Virus record (IMG/VR): IMGVR_UViG_3300001682_000284
Reading direction: 5' to 3' (one strand)
DNA length: 64,000 nucleotides
Source: an uncultured virus (IMG/VR IMGVR_UViG_3300001682_000284)
Lineage: Duplodnaviria; Heunggongvirae; Uroviricota; Caudoviricetes
Below the pieces are notes generated by a model. The model had not been told where the DNA came from and did no database searches. It was given only the letters and a program-made list of their open reading frames with translations. Position numbers and translations under genes: made by a program. Shown in pieces: positions 32,503-45,655 of this stretch (its first letter is position 1; each line of letters opens with the position of its first letter).

Positions 32503-34128
32503 ATGGATCAATTCATCCCAAAAAGACCATTAAATATAGACCATTATGACGAACACTAGTCGTTAATACCAATTAGAAAGTCTTATGCGGATTTGTATAA
32601 GGAAAAGGCTGAACTAATACCAATTGTAAAGACTCAAAATGATCTATTAAGAAAGGGTTTAGCACTCATCAAGATGAAACCATGGTTAGCAAGTTTAGAA
32701 GGTGTTTTACCGTTGCCACCAGTACTTAGTTCTCTTGCACCAAATGCATTATTACCCCCTTAGTTCGGAATGATTGCTAGAAGATATGAGGGATTAATAG
32801 CTGATCCCACTCCATTAAATCTTATCTCAGTCATGGCAGAATTACCTTTCATGGTAAGTAAACGAACTAAAGACAAGAATCCACAGTATGCCGTGTCTAC
32901 GCCAAAGATTAAAGATAGAATTAGTTCACAAGTTGATTCATTTTTAGGATAGCAAACAACTGCTGACGAAACTCCTACTAATTTAGCATTTGTCGTAAAG
33001 GGTGACGGAGGATTGCAATCTTCTGTAAAGGACAAATATCAATAGTATTAGAAAACCTTTAAAGACTCAACTTTAGCATACATTAAAAAGAGAAATTAGA
33101 ATTTCTCCAAATCAAGTTATATTAAAAACAATACGACACCACAAGGAGATTACTTTAAGCAGATTAACAATCCTGTTGGATTTGCATTCAGAACTTCGAG
33201 TCCAAATAGAAGCTTATCTTCATCTATACTTCAATATGGAATAGATAGAGATACATCTAATAGAGTAACCATTGTTGACCCATTATCTTATCAAATTTAG
33301 TCATATAGAACTCCAGTATTTCGGGGAGTTACTGGACCAGCTGAAAGTATAGCTGGATCAGATAAAGACATAAATTCGAACTTTAAGGGTAATTTGATAA
33401 AGTTTTGGATTAGAAATCTCAATGACGATTCTGTAATGACTACTCCAGCATTTATAAGTGAATTACAAGATAGCGGAGGCAATGGAACTTGGGATTAGGT
33501 ATCCTACGTTAACGCCTATTATCCTCAATTCATATACAAGGGTGCTGAAAAGAGAACAATAACCTTTACACTTAAATTAGCGTGTTTCGACAAGACCTAT
33601 TTGCCACAATATGTTGAAAAATTGAATTTCTTAAGAACTGTAGGATTTCCATATTATAAAGATGTTGAAATCCCAAGAACGAACAAACTAGGACAGGAAA
33701 GTAACAATGCTTCCGTAAGCGCATTAAAGGTATCATTGGCTAAAGCCCCAGTATTCGCCCTAACTTTAGGGGATATAATAAATTAGCAAAAAGGATACTT
33801 CTAGGCTTGTGACTTTACTTGGGACGACGAATAGACTACTTGGAATTTGAATCCAAAACGAATGTTTAGAACCTAGAATATTTCAGGAGGAGATAAGGTT
33901 CTCAACATTTTAAATGAACTCACAAATAACGCAGCACACGACTCCGAGTGGGAACTTCCTATAGTAACAACTATTACCTGCACATTTGTATGTATGTATG
34001 GAAGGGGACCAAGTAGCAACTACAAGGATGACGATCATTACATTTATGATACTGAAAATTTAAAGACGGCTAGAAGAAATTTAGAACGGCTAGAAGAAAT
34101 TAAGAAAGAACCAATGATTCAGCTATAA
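32503..34128 (+). CDS. Baseplate / tail-tube initiator-like structural protein
   Basis: PAFISELQDS..W..VSYV...FIYKG..RTITFTL, APVFALTLGD; follows the tape measure gene. Confidence 0.7.
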
Positions 34129-34141
34129 ATGGGGAAACAAT

Positions 34142-34417
34142 ATGAACAAATCAAGATATGATAAATACGCAAGATACAAGAATTCCAAAGAATATGGGTT
34201 TACCCTATTACCAAACATAGACATCAATAATACTGAATTTATAAAGATAACATTTAACCAAGGAGATCGCTTGGATTTATTAGCCAAGAAATATTTTAAA
34301 GACTCCACCCTTTGGTGGGTAATTGCAATCGTTAACAATTTAACAGGGGATTCATTGGTTTTAGAACCTGGGACAGAATTATATATCCCTAGAAGTCATC
34401 TAAAGTATGTTTACTAA
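34142..34417 (+). CDS. LysM-like baseplate wedge protein (gp53/tail X-like)
   Basis: GDRLDLLAKKYFKDSTLWWVIAIVN...GTELYIP. Confidence 0.9.
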   Translation: MNKSRYDKYARYKNSKEYGFTLLPNIDINNTEFIKITFNQGDRLDLLAKKYFKDSTLWWVIAIVNNLTGDSLVLEPGTELYIPRSHLKYVY

Positions 34418-36560
34418 TACATTTAAACAATACGTAATAGATTAGTTTGAAACTAGAAGTGCCATCAATGAAAAGATGGGAGATTCTGCTATTAATTGGA
34501 TTAACAGAACTCCATTCGTCTTTGCTTATTCCAATTTAAGATATGGCTAGTCTGGAAGTATTAATCTTCAAGAGAATATGAAGTGGTCTGTTCTATCTTC
34601 ATTTCATGTAACAGGTTCTTCTGACTACACTTACGGTAAGTACATATTACAAGATAATTCATCATTTTATGATCTCTATGAGAATAATACTAACTTTGGA
34701 ATTATACCTAAACCACATATCGTTTCATTAGATATAAGAGGAAGAGGAAATAATGGAACATTAAAAGATGTTAATATGTAGATAGTCTGTTACAGTTTTG
34801 ATCAATTCGAAAACATTAGGAGATACTTCTCCGTTCCTTGTACTTCTGTATTCTTGCAATTTGGATACTTCGTGTCTTAGTAGGATATAGCTAATTCCGT
34901 TCTACCACCATTAGTTTGTGGTTATAACTAGTTAACTAAGACAGATTAGAGAGCTCAACAAAGTTACATTAACATCAGTGCTTATTATAAAAGCATGGAT
35001 GAAAAGAAAATTGTTAATGCTGATGGAATTATTGGTATTGTATATGGATTTGATGTTAGTCAATAGCAGGGAAACATATTTAAATTGAGAGTAAGCATGA
35101 TGTGTAAGGGTAATTCAGAAATATTGAATTATATCAAGCCTGATTTAAAGTTAGCCTTTAATGACTTACCAAGCACAGCTACGGCTACAGAAGGAACATT
35201 CGAATCAAATAATTCAGAAGATGTACCCATAGAAAACAATCTAACTAATTATATTAGAGGGTTGTCACAAAGGATTCCTAGTGGTAAACATTCAGTTATA
35301 TTGAATAGTAATGGGTAGAGATACGTATCCTTTGATTGGATCAATTATACGATAGTCTACATACTAAGAAGGACAACTACAAAGGCATTTGTTAATTAGG
35401 ATTCCAATAGAATTCCAGTTGATGACATATACGAACCTCTATACTACTTTGATATTTAGCAGGATTTCGATGCTGAATTTTATTCAAATACACCTAATGT
35501 AGCTATTCTTCCTAGAAAAAATACAGTTGGATATCCATTTGTCTATGAAGCTGGCTCTAATGCTAGAGAGACATTAAATTCAAAGATTATAAATTTACAA
35601 ACATTGTATGCCGATGTCCATAGATACATTTAGGGAAATAGTGTATATCAATCCTATATAGTTCAAAATAGATTCTCAGATAAAATTGAAGAATATTACA
35701 ATAATAAGTATTCAGACCTAATCGATATGAGTACTAAACCATATATTGGATATCTCGGACATATATACTTCAATTTAGAATCTGTTCTACAATTGCTGAA
35801 GGATCAAGAAAAACTAACTCTTGATAACTTTATGTCTAATCTAACCGATATGATAACTTCTGCTACTAACAGGGGTTTAGTTTGTTCGACATCCTTTAAT
35901 CATAGAACTGAAAAATTTGCAATTTCTCAACATTCTTTGGCGTTTTTAACGGCTAAATCTATACACTACCTTCACAATTTTGGACCAGGATCAATAGTAA
36001 AACAAATTACTTATAACTTGAAGATGCCTGATGGTTACAAGGTTGCAATATTTCAAGCCTATGGAGCAAATGGTGGCATCATGACATAGTTGTTTAACAG
36101 TATGTTTAAAGGTGGATTACCTCAAGATATCTATCTTTACAAGGGTGTTTAGGGTTTAACCAATGCAAGTACTGGAGATAATACAAAGGTTGATTACACC
36201 AAACAATTAGATGATAATCGGGCTACAGCATTAACTTCAATTAGTAGTAATGGAAAATTAAACCTTACTGAGCTAGCAAAAGATAGTGTTAAGAAGTCCA
36301 TAGATTTATACAATTAGGCATTAACTTTAACTAAAAAGTAGACAATAGCAACGGAAACTGGACATAGATCCGTTTCTTCAATATATTCAACTTAGGTTGA
36401 AATAGTATTGGACTTCATTGCTAATATAGATTGGGGAGAAGTATTCAAATTAGAATATAATCCTCTAGGTTGGGAAACCAAATTCTATGTTTCAGATATC
36501 CAGCATAGGATACAGCAAGGAAATGCGTAGACTATTATCAAGGGAATCATGTTTGGATGA
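34407..36560 (+). CDS. Baseplate hub (gp27-like) structural protein
   Basis: PKPHIVSLDI.GRG..GTLK, VFLQFGY, GYLGHIYFN, FYVSDIQHRI; gene position. Confidence 0.7.
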
Positions 36561-37042
36561 ATACATACACTAAGGGTAAAGAGTATTACTTCTAGAATGG
36601 ATCATAGTATATTGGATACATCCATGTTATCAAGGGTAAGCCTTATACTGGTATTAAACATGTTTACAATGTATCAAAGAGATTGTATAAATTAACCAGT
36701 AAGAATAGGGTTTACACCTAGTAGGGAGTACCATACAAACCTATCATATAGGAACATTATTTAAATGGCAAAAAGATAGAATTAGCCAATGTTCCTTCGT
36801 TAAATTAGTATGCTAAGCCAACATACTCCATATACATTTTAAAACACATTAAAACCAAAAAAATATATGAAGTTACTAAGAAATGCTATTAGGAATTCGC
36901 TTCCAAACCTGAGTATGCAAGATTCATGGTTAAACGGAAAAATGGAAATGATATTACGGACACAGTATTCAATCTTAATCAGGTAAAGGGCGTTAAGGAT
37001 AAGTTAGTTCAAGCTTACCTCAAAGAAAGCAGAGGATTTTAA
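36557..37042 (+). CDS. Conserved hypothetical phage protein
   Basis: YTKGKEY....YIGYIH....YTG motif; ATGA coupling. Confidence 0.65.
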
Positions 37043-37113
37043 GCTCAAAATTTTATTTTTGGATTATTTTACCAACAGGTTATATTAACTAAAAAGGTTG
37101 TAAGGAGCAAAAA

Positions 37114-38355
37114 GTGTTTAAAGTTACGGACAAAATATAGATAATAGACGTGCTTCCAGAAACGATATATGAGAACTACACTCTTATTGTGCACAACGAG
37201 AACTGTAATTACATATGCATTCTGGATGATAAATTCAGTATAGTATAGTCCTACATCCATCTAGGCTACTTTTCTGTAAATCCATTTAAACTTCAGAAGT
37301 TAGTGTTTACCAATAACTTCTAGATGTGGAACGCCTTCAATAAAGCTAGACAATCTAAATACTTTTCGAATTTTCAGGAGTATTCACAATGGTTGACAGA
37401 TTTTTCAAAAGAATTGAAAATCATTAACTTTTGTTTTACATAGACTTTATCCGACTTAACCTTGGATTCTAAGTCGGAATTGAAAAATTTAGAAAAGATT
37501 TACATGTGGTGGGACATCAAGAGAACTTCAATATATAATAATATAGATAATTCTCTTTATATTTATAATATATATAATTATATACTCTATTTGTTATCTA
37601 ATAATTCTCCTAGATAGATATCTTCTAAATAGTGGAATAAATACTTTCAAAAACGCTTAATAAATCAGTCTTTGTCCATAGATATAGAGTCGAATAGGGC
37701 TAAAAGCAAAGGTGATCACATTAACTATTATTCCATATCTTCTAAATAGGAAAGATGGAAACATGTGAAACCTTCTAAGGGTAAGATGTTCTACAAGGTG
37801 GATTATAGATATTCTTACATAAACCTGCTATTCCAGATATTGGATATCGCCATATGTGAAGACCCATATCTGTATTTAGGTAAGGAATTAGGGATAAAAG
37901 AATTATCCAGAGATGAAATTAAGGCTACAGTATTCAAAATTTTGTTCTCTAATGAAATTAAGCAACATTTGAATATCAATGCACTTAATAAGATATACTA
38001 CTTTTCGGTATTTCTTGAAGAATAGTATAAGAAACAGGGATACATTCAATCATTGATTTCAGAAAAGAAGATAAGGTTTAAGGCTGGAGAGAAGTATTCT
38101 CGGTCTAAACTTTTAAACATGTTTATAATGTCATTAGAAAGCGAGGTCTACATAGGTTTACTATACCATTTACTTTTGTTTCCGAAGGAAAAAATAAAAC
38201 CCTTGTTTTTTATTTTCGATGCTATAATAATTTAGATGGATATAGAAAAATGCATGGACTAGATAGAAAATCTAGAAAGGATACTAACCTTGAACGGATT
38301 GTTTCCAATATCGAGGTATTTAGGAGTTAATTTATACGAATGGGAAAACATATGA
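37114..38355 (+). CDS. Degenerate family-A DNA polymerase-like protein
   Basis: GTG start after AGGAG; KVDYRYSY, DPY..LG, KATVFKILFS, FIFDAII echo PolA motifs A/B/C. Confidence 0.6.
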
Positions 38356-38367
38356 AGGAGATTAGTC

Positions 38368-38763
38368 ATGGAAGACATTAAAACATCGTTGTTATTAGGA
38401 ATAGTTAAGAAGGAAAATCTTTGGAAGTTGATATAGTTTCTAAAACAGAATACTAAGTGTTAGAAATATCTAGTTCTTAAGACCGCTTTAGAAGAATACG
38501 AAGACTTCTTTTTTGTAATATTTGAATCAAGCAACCCGTAGTTGGGGAATGATAAATTCAAGTTTACAGTTATTCACAAGAAGGGAAGATGCTATTACAC
38601 CATTAATGCGTTGAATAGCGTAATTTACTAGGAAAACCATGGAATATTAGATAAGGAATATCTAATCGATTGGGAATTGTTCCAAAATATGATTCTGTTT
38701 TTGAACAAAGAGAAGGAACTTATCAAGTTACCAACTAAGCTACATAGAATTATAAAACAATAA
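38368..38763 (+). CDS. Conserved hypothetical protein
   Basis: HKKGRCYYTINALN...NHGILDKEY.IDW. Confidence 0.7.
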
Positions 38764-38861
38764 CTATCAAAGAAAGGCATTGAAACGATAAGGAAATCGT
38801 GCAAATATTAGGCACATAATTCCAAATTATAACGAATTTCGATGCAAAAGGAGAAAAAGAC

Positions 38862-39608
38862 ATGATAGACATGAACAAAGCAAAGAAAAGATTGGACTAG
38901 CTCCAAACAACTCGTAAGGACTATAGCAAGATCAGCTATTCTCTAAAGTAGGGAGATCAAACATTAAGATTCATAACTAAACCTGGTGAAGATTATCCTT
39001 TCATCGCTGGACAGATTTACTACAAACTTCAAAAACAATTTTTCATCTCTAATGAAATGTATGATGAAGTAGACCCAATAATGGAAGAATTGAATGCATT
39101 AAGAGACACTGGCTTAGAAGCTAATGTTGAATTCGCTAAGAAACTTTATCCTAGCAGAAGAATCTTTGCATTAGCAATTGTAAGGGAACAAGAAGACAAG
39201 GGTGCTGTATGGGTTGACTTTCCACCTAAAATTGAAAAGGAACTTGTAAAGTACATTCTTAATCCTGAATATGGGGACATCACTGACCCTGAGACTGGAA
39301 CAGATTTCATTATCACCAAGACCAAGGGTGCACCATGGCCAGAATATTCCGTAACTCCAAAACGTAAATCCTCTACTCTAATGAAGACTCCCGAAGAAAC
39401 GGCTGAGATCTTTGAAAATCTTCCTGACTTTAAAGAGGCATACAAGCATTATACCAAGGAAGAAATGAAAGAAATTTGGGACAGATACCTTAACACCGAT
39501 TAGAATGAATCCAAGGATGTAAAGGAATAGGAAGTTATTCCTGAAGAAGAAGAAAAGATCGACATTTCAAGTGCTTTATAGAAATTCAGAAAAAAGAATA
39601 TAAAGTGA
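38862..39608 (+). CDS. T4 gp32-like single-stranded DNA-binding protein
   Basis: DPI.E, KKLYPSRR, YGDITDPETGTDF, acidic C-terminal tail. Confidence 0.85.
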
Positions 39609-39629
39609 TTTTGATTAAGTCCAATAATT

Positions 39630-39662
39630 AGGGAGAGGTAGCGATATCTCTCCCCTATTTTC
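39630..39662 (+). terminator. Intrinsic terminator
   Basis: GGGAGAG-GTAGCGATAT-CTCTCCC followed by TATTTT. Confidence 0.6.
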
Positions 39663-39675
39663 ATTAGGGGGAAAT

Positions 39676-39948
39676 ATGCCAAAAGAACTAAAAGAATAGA
39701 AAGTGTAGAAGATAGATTTTTAGAAATTAGTAAAGACTCTTAGTAAGAATAAGGATCATGAAGATGCTAAGCTTATTAAGGATTTAGGGGACGCACCATT
39801 CTGGTTAAGTACTGGTGACGACATATTAGATTTATACATATCTAATAGAAAGCATGGCGGAATACCAGGTGGAAGGATCACAGAACTTAGTGGTCTGCCA
39901 GGATGTGTGACGGAAGATACTTTAGTAAAGGTTAAAATAAAATAGTAA
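39676..39948 (+). CDS. recA: RecA/UvsX N-terminal half plus a 14-aa N-intein
   Basis: WLSTGDDILD.YISNR.HGGIPGGRITELSGLPG|CVTEDTLVKVKIK* then TAA. Confidence 0.85.
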
Positions 39949-39993
39949 GTTTTCCAGGAAGGTAGTAATTAGAGTTGAAAGGAATTTAATAAT

Positions 39994-41370
39994 ATGATTA
40001 AAAACAATAATTACTATCTTCAGGAAAAACAAAAATTTATTAACAATAATGAAAAGGATATATTGAATTATATCAATTCTTTATTAACTAGTACTGATAT
40101 TGTGAAGAAATTTTCAAATTGTGGCATATCGGAAAGAAGATTAAGGCGTTATATATATTAGGTGGCTAAAGGTAATGGATTAAGTTAGTTGTTGGAAAGT
40201 TCTACAAGAAAATATACTAATTGCAATTTATTAGTAAAAAATGATTTAGTTAGTAAGGCTATTACTAAAAAGTATGAGGCAAGTAAATCGTTAATTTTTA
40301 AAAAGATTGAAGAAGGTCTACCATTATCGAGTTTATCCAAATTTATCGGTATCGAATCGAGGTCAATATTTAGTAGATTACCTTAGAATTATAAAGCTTT
40401 AATAGTTAAAAATAATAAATTTCATAAATCCAAATCCAGTAAATTATATCATCAATTAAAGAGAGATGAAGATTATTAGCGGTATTAGAAGTTGATATTG
40501 GAGTATGTGATGCAAAATAATTGTAAAGTTTCTATTGGAGATTTAGAAAGGCATTTTGGTCAATTAAATTGCATTAAAAGAGTATTAATTAACAATAAAT
40601 TATACGATGTAATTAGGTAGTATGGGAAAGAGTTAATGCTGCATGCGTCCAAAAGGGCTTCAATAAAGGGAGCTAATAAAATAAAAGAGTTGTATAGGGC
40701 TGTAAGGGAAGAATAGATTCAGAAATACGAAAAGACTTTTTTATAGCTGATAAAGGATGAACGTCCGTTATCCTTTATAGAGAAAGATGCTATATCAAAA
40801 TCTATATCAATTGCTACGGTTGAATATCTTTTTAAAAAGTATAAAGATATTAGGTGTAAATGGGAAAATTCTAAATATTACAAAAATCCTATGTATGGTA
40901 AACAACCATCTTTAAAAGCTGGAATTGGTTCTTCTGGTTGGATAGTGATTGAAAATCGTAAGATTTTCTTTAGAAGTACATTATAGTGTCAAATTTATTG
41001 TTATTTGTTAATGAATGACATAGAGTTTTAGTTATCCAAACACAAAATTCCATATTGGTTCGAAGGAAAGGTTAGGAACTATTTTCCTGATATTAATATT
41101 GGAAAGACCATTTTTTAGATAAAGCCAAAAGGACTTATTAATTTAAAACAAAATTTAGCTAAATTTTAGGCAGCAAGAATTTATTGCAAGAAGCATTATT
41201 TAGAATTTGGGGTATTGACTTAGTAGAATTATCCCATATATGAAAGGAATGTTAATGAGTATATTTCTGCACTCGTTAATGAAAAAGCTATCATTTTTAC
41301 AAATGAAAGAAGTAAATTAAAATTTATTAATGCAAGGAAAGAATATGAAAGAACAAGTTATACCAATTAA
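39994..41370 (+). CDS. Free-standing PD-(D/E)xK (TnsA-like) homing endonuclease inside the fractured recA
   Basis: NPMYGK, FFRSTL*, IPY...RNYFPD, IF*IKP, K..AA..YC. Confidence 0.8.
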
Positions 41371-42631
41371 GTAGATTAAATAGCTCTTATCGCAAGGTAA
41401 ATAGATCTATATATAGAGTTTAGGTGGGTATTAGAAAGTATCCAATTATATTTAGAAAGGAACATTAAAAACTTATAAAGTTACTGTTGATAATGGATAT
41501 TTTGTTAAAGTTTCTGCAAAACATTTATTCTTTTAGATGTCTAAAGGGTGGATATTTTGTAAAGATCTAATTGTTAATAGTTCTATGATATTATGTGATG
41601 ACGAACAATATCATAAAGTTCAGTTTATAGAGGAAATAGGATATCATAAAATAGTAGATATAACAGTTTAGAACACCTAGTGTTATTTTGGTAATGGGAT
41701 ATTACATCATAATAGCGGGAAAAGCTTAGTATGTTCTCACTTAATTAAGTCCTGTCAAGACATGGGTGGAATCCCAGTATTAATATAGACGTAGGCAGCA
41801 ACTAGTTTACCATTTTTGTAGGCTATTGGTGTAGATCTAAATAAATTGATACATTATAGATTCCAAACAGTTTAGAAGATTCATAAAGTAACAGAATAGT
41901 TAATGTATTCTGTAAAATTATAGATGCCTGATGTTCCTATGTTAATTGTTGTTGATAGTTTAACTGCTGCAACAACATAGGCTTAGCTTAAGAATACCGA
42001 CTATTAGAATAAGGGATACAATGCAGCACTAAAGGCAAGAATGAATTCCCAAGCATTCTCTAAGTTAACAATGATGGCAGCACAACAGAAGGTAGCATTA
42101 GTATACACTACCCAAGTTAGAGCTAATATGAATATGGCTAATCCTTATATGGATCCATATGAAACCTCAAGCGGCGGGATGGCTCTTCCATTCTATGCTA
42201 GTATTAGAATTAGATTACATAGATCTTCTAAATTAAAATAGAATATACATGGAGTTCCAACAGTTGTAGGCTCCACTGTTAGGGCTAGAATTGATAAATC
42301 TAGATTAGGTGCAACCTTTAGATAGTGTACTTTTGATGTGTATTATGATTGTGGTATCAATAATTATACTAACTGGCTATCCACTTTAAAGGCTTATAAA
42401 GCGATAGAAGGAAAGGGTACAGTTAATATTCCTTGGATAATCAAAACTGAAGGCAAGTAGATTAACTTAGGGAGAGACTTCTTTAAGACAATAAGAAGTG
42501 ATGCATAGATAAGATAGAAAGTATACAATATAATTGCTGATCTTTTGATTCTTAAATATAAGAAGGTTTAGGATACTGATAATAGATAGATAATTTCTGA
42601 ACCAGATTAGGGAATGACTGTAGATTAGTAA
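41345..42631 (+). CDS. recA: C-intein (about 123 aa) plus RecA/UvsX C-terminal half
   Basis: ...IVDITV*NT*CYFGNGILHHN|SGKS...VLI*T*AA...IVVDSL...TQVR...SGGMALPFYASIRIRL. Confidence 0.88.
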
Positions 42632-42648
42632 TAAGGAGAAATTTCAAT

Positions 42649-44691
42649 ATGAAAGAAGTTGAAAAACTTATGAAAGAGATATTAACAGAAGCATCAACTG
42701 GTAAGGTTTAGATTATTAATATTGGTTCTGGTAAAAGGTATTAGGTAACAAAAAAGACTGCTCAAAGGGGTCTTAAAGATGGAACTTATAAGTTACCTTA
42801 GAAAGATAAGCAATCTCCCCCTTAGAAACCTATTAAAAAATCAACTTTCTCTGTTGATAAGGATGGCATTAAGGATACTAACAATCCAAAATAGGCTGAT
42901 CAAGAAGAATAGAAATAGTAGAAAACTGTAGACCCTAAAGTTGCTGTTGCTAAAATTAGAGACAGTAAACCCCCAATTGAAAATGTTTTAGGAGTTGATT
43001 TAACTTAGGATGATATGGTCATCGCCAATGCCTTATTAGCATTAGGACCAAAAGATTTTCAAAAGCTATGTGGCGGAAAGGCAGCACCTGGTAGTGCGGG
43101 ATCAAATTTTAATGAAATTATTTCTATAGTTATAGCTAAGTATATGGGAGAAAATCCTAATACTAATAAAGACGAAATAATTAATAAGTTTCATGGATTA
43201 TTAAAAGACTCAGGAATTTCTAAATAGTTAGCCGTCAGTAAAGGTGTTTCAGTTCCCGCTCCATTAAAGAAGACAGATGGACTAGCCACTAAATTAGTTT
43301 AGGCATATAACGCTGCGTATGTGAAACAGAAACGATTAATGGGAAAGATTGGAAAAATGGAAAAATCTGGAGAAATGAAACCTCCTTATAAACAATATCC
43401 TCTCTGGGGTGATAAATCTGGTTTGCGTAAACAAGAAGAATTAGTTAAATCTCTACCATTTGTTTTATTACCAGATGGTACTAAAGTATCTCCAAAAGAT
43501 GCTATAGCTTTGATAAGAGAAGGAGGGGGAGGGATAAATCCTTCCGATACCGCTATGTTCGTTTAGGATAGTCAAGGAAACATTGTTATGATGTTTTGGT
43601 CAGATAAAATGAATACTAAAGCAATTCAGGCTAATACCACTATTTCTAAGGCTTTAAGGGATAAATTAAAAACTTTAGAAGATTCTGAATTTTCATCCCC
43701 ATAGGAAAAAGAAAAATGTTTAAATATGGGAAAGGATTATGACGATCGCCTTGAAGCCAATTAGGGACGTTATAGAAATGCGATAGTTTAGGTTGCATAG
43801 GCAACAAAAAATGTTCCTAAAGAAGTACTTGATAGAATTGTAAAAGATAAGGTAAAGTCTGAAAGATTACAATCTAGTTTAGATTTAGCCATTTATGGTA
43901 GAGATATTAAAAAATCTAAGCCTAATAGAGTTATGGTTTAGATGGCAAAATAGAGAGGATTTGATTTAACAAAGGCTAATCCGGAACAACAATTTTAGAT
44001 TGTAAGAGATTATGGGGCAGCAGGAAATACAAATCCAGGGGTTAAACGAGTTATGGAAAAAGTAACAGAATCGTTGAAAGAATACCCAGAAGCAAATTTA
44101 GGTAAAATGTTAAGTTCAATAAGAAAAACCTCAATTGATTTATTACAAGAAAGAACTAGAGAAATGAATAAATTTAATGTCATGTATAAGGGACACCCCT
44201 TCCCAGCAGGAAGCTTTGAAGAAGCTAAATCGTCTTGGGATTTATTACATTTAGGATTAGTTGAACCTCATGAATATAAAGAGGGGGATCCCCATAGTAT
44301 GCTTTCTCACTGTTTTGAAGTACAAATGGGTTAGTATGTGGTTAATGGGAAGATTCTTCAACATTGTTTAGGAATAAATTCTTTTGACGATTATCTAGAT
44401 AAATTTCAAGTTTAGGAAGATGGTAAAGAAATATTGAATACCGAAGGGGATGTAACTGGTCAAAATGTGTTCTTATATACTCTAAATGAAAAGGGAGAAA
44501 AAGTTAAAATGGCTAGAGTTACATACAGAGCTAAAAGCGGACAAACTGGTAAAACCAATATTACCCTACAATGGGAAAAAGAAACACAATAGTGCTTCAA
44601 AAAGAATCAAAATTTACTAAATTAGTCCAAAAATAAACATGAAAAGGGAATAAACGAATTATTATATTAGTTATTGAAAGGAAAAGGATGA
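42649..44691 (+). CDS. Large hypothetical protein with an ...EILTEA leader (possible virion protein)
   Basis: One frame joins ORF pieces 43015, 43321 and 44053 through TAGs. Confidence 0.7.
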
Positions 44692-44694
44692 TAA

Positions 44695-45636
44695 GTGTTT
44701 GATAATTTAGAAAAGGTAACAACAGCAAAACGAATATTGATCATAGACGGCACGAATAACCTAATTCGTGCTGTTTCTGTCGCATAGAATTACAATTTAA
44801 ATGGTTTTGGTGTATTCTTCAAGATTCTAGGTAATTTAATATCCCAGTTTAAACCTGCGTAGTGTTATATTATATTTGATGGTGAAGGCGGAAATACAAC
44901 TAAGAGACTGCTTTTACCAGAATACAAAATGAACAGAAGTTCAGTTTCAAAGATCCAAACAGAGGACTATTAGAAACTGTTTTAGATATTGAAGCATACC
45001 CCTATTATAACTCTAAGATTAAATGGAGTTTAGGGTGACAATGTAATAGGGCATATTGCTGTTAAGAACTAGCATTTAGGTAATAGAGTAACAATTGCTT
45101 CATCGGATAAAGACTTTTACCAATTATGTTCTAAAACAACTCAAGTATGGTAGCCTATAAGAAAGATATTAATAACCTAGGGAACTGTTCTACAGAAGTA
45201 CAATTGTCACCCCGTCAACTTCCCAATTTACAAATGTTTAGTAGGCGATGCTTCTGATAACATTTCAGGTGTAAAGGGATTAGGGTAGAAAACGATTATT
45301 AAGCATTTCGGAGACCTATTTAAGAATGAATTACCATTATAGGGTGATGTAAACAATTTCGAATAGCATGTTAGAGGTATGGTTCATTCCGACATGAAGT
45401 TAAAGTTATTGTAGAACCTTCCATTAATATTAAAATTATATAAAATTGTTAACCTTAGGTCTGGTTGTATCATATCCCCTCAAATTGGGATGAAGATCGA
45501 CTAGATTATAAACTGCAAGAAAAGGAACTTAGAATTCGATAAGGTTTAGTTTATTACTGAGTGCAAAAAATATTTTGTGGATACGGAAAACCAATCTATA
45601 TTATATACAGCACTTCATTTGATTGCAAAAAAATAA
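44695..45636 (+). CDS. 5'-3' exonuclease / flap endonuclease (T4 RNase H-like)
   Basis: LIIDGTN, FDG, YKMNR, GV*GD, SSDKDFYQL, GDASDNISGVKGLG. Confidence 0.9.
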
Positions 45637-45655
45637 ACAAATATAGGAGTTTTTG

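Noticed and set aside
39949..41344. Group I intron interrupting recA (and nrdJ at 51328-52391)
   Set aside because: The inserts are almost fully occupied by endonuclease ORFs, with no room for a ribozyme core; intein N- and C-terminal motifs flank them and the downstream halves have their own ATG
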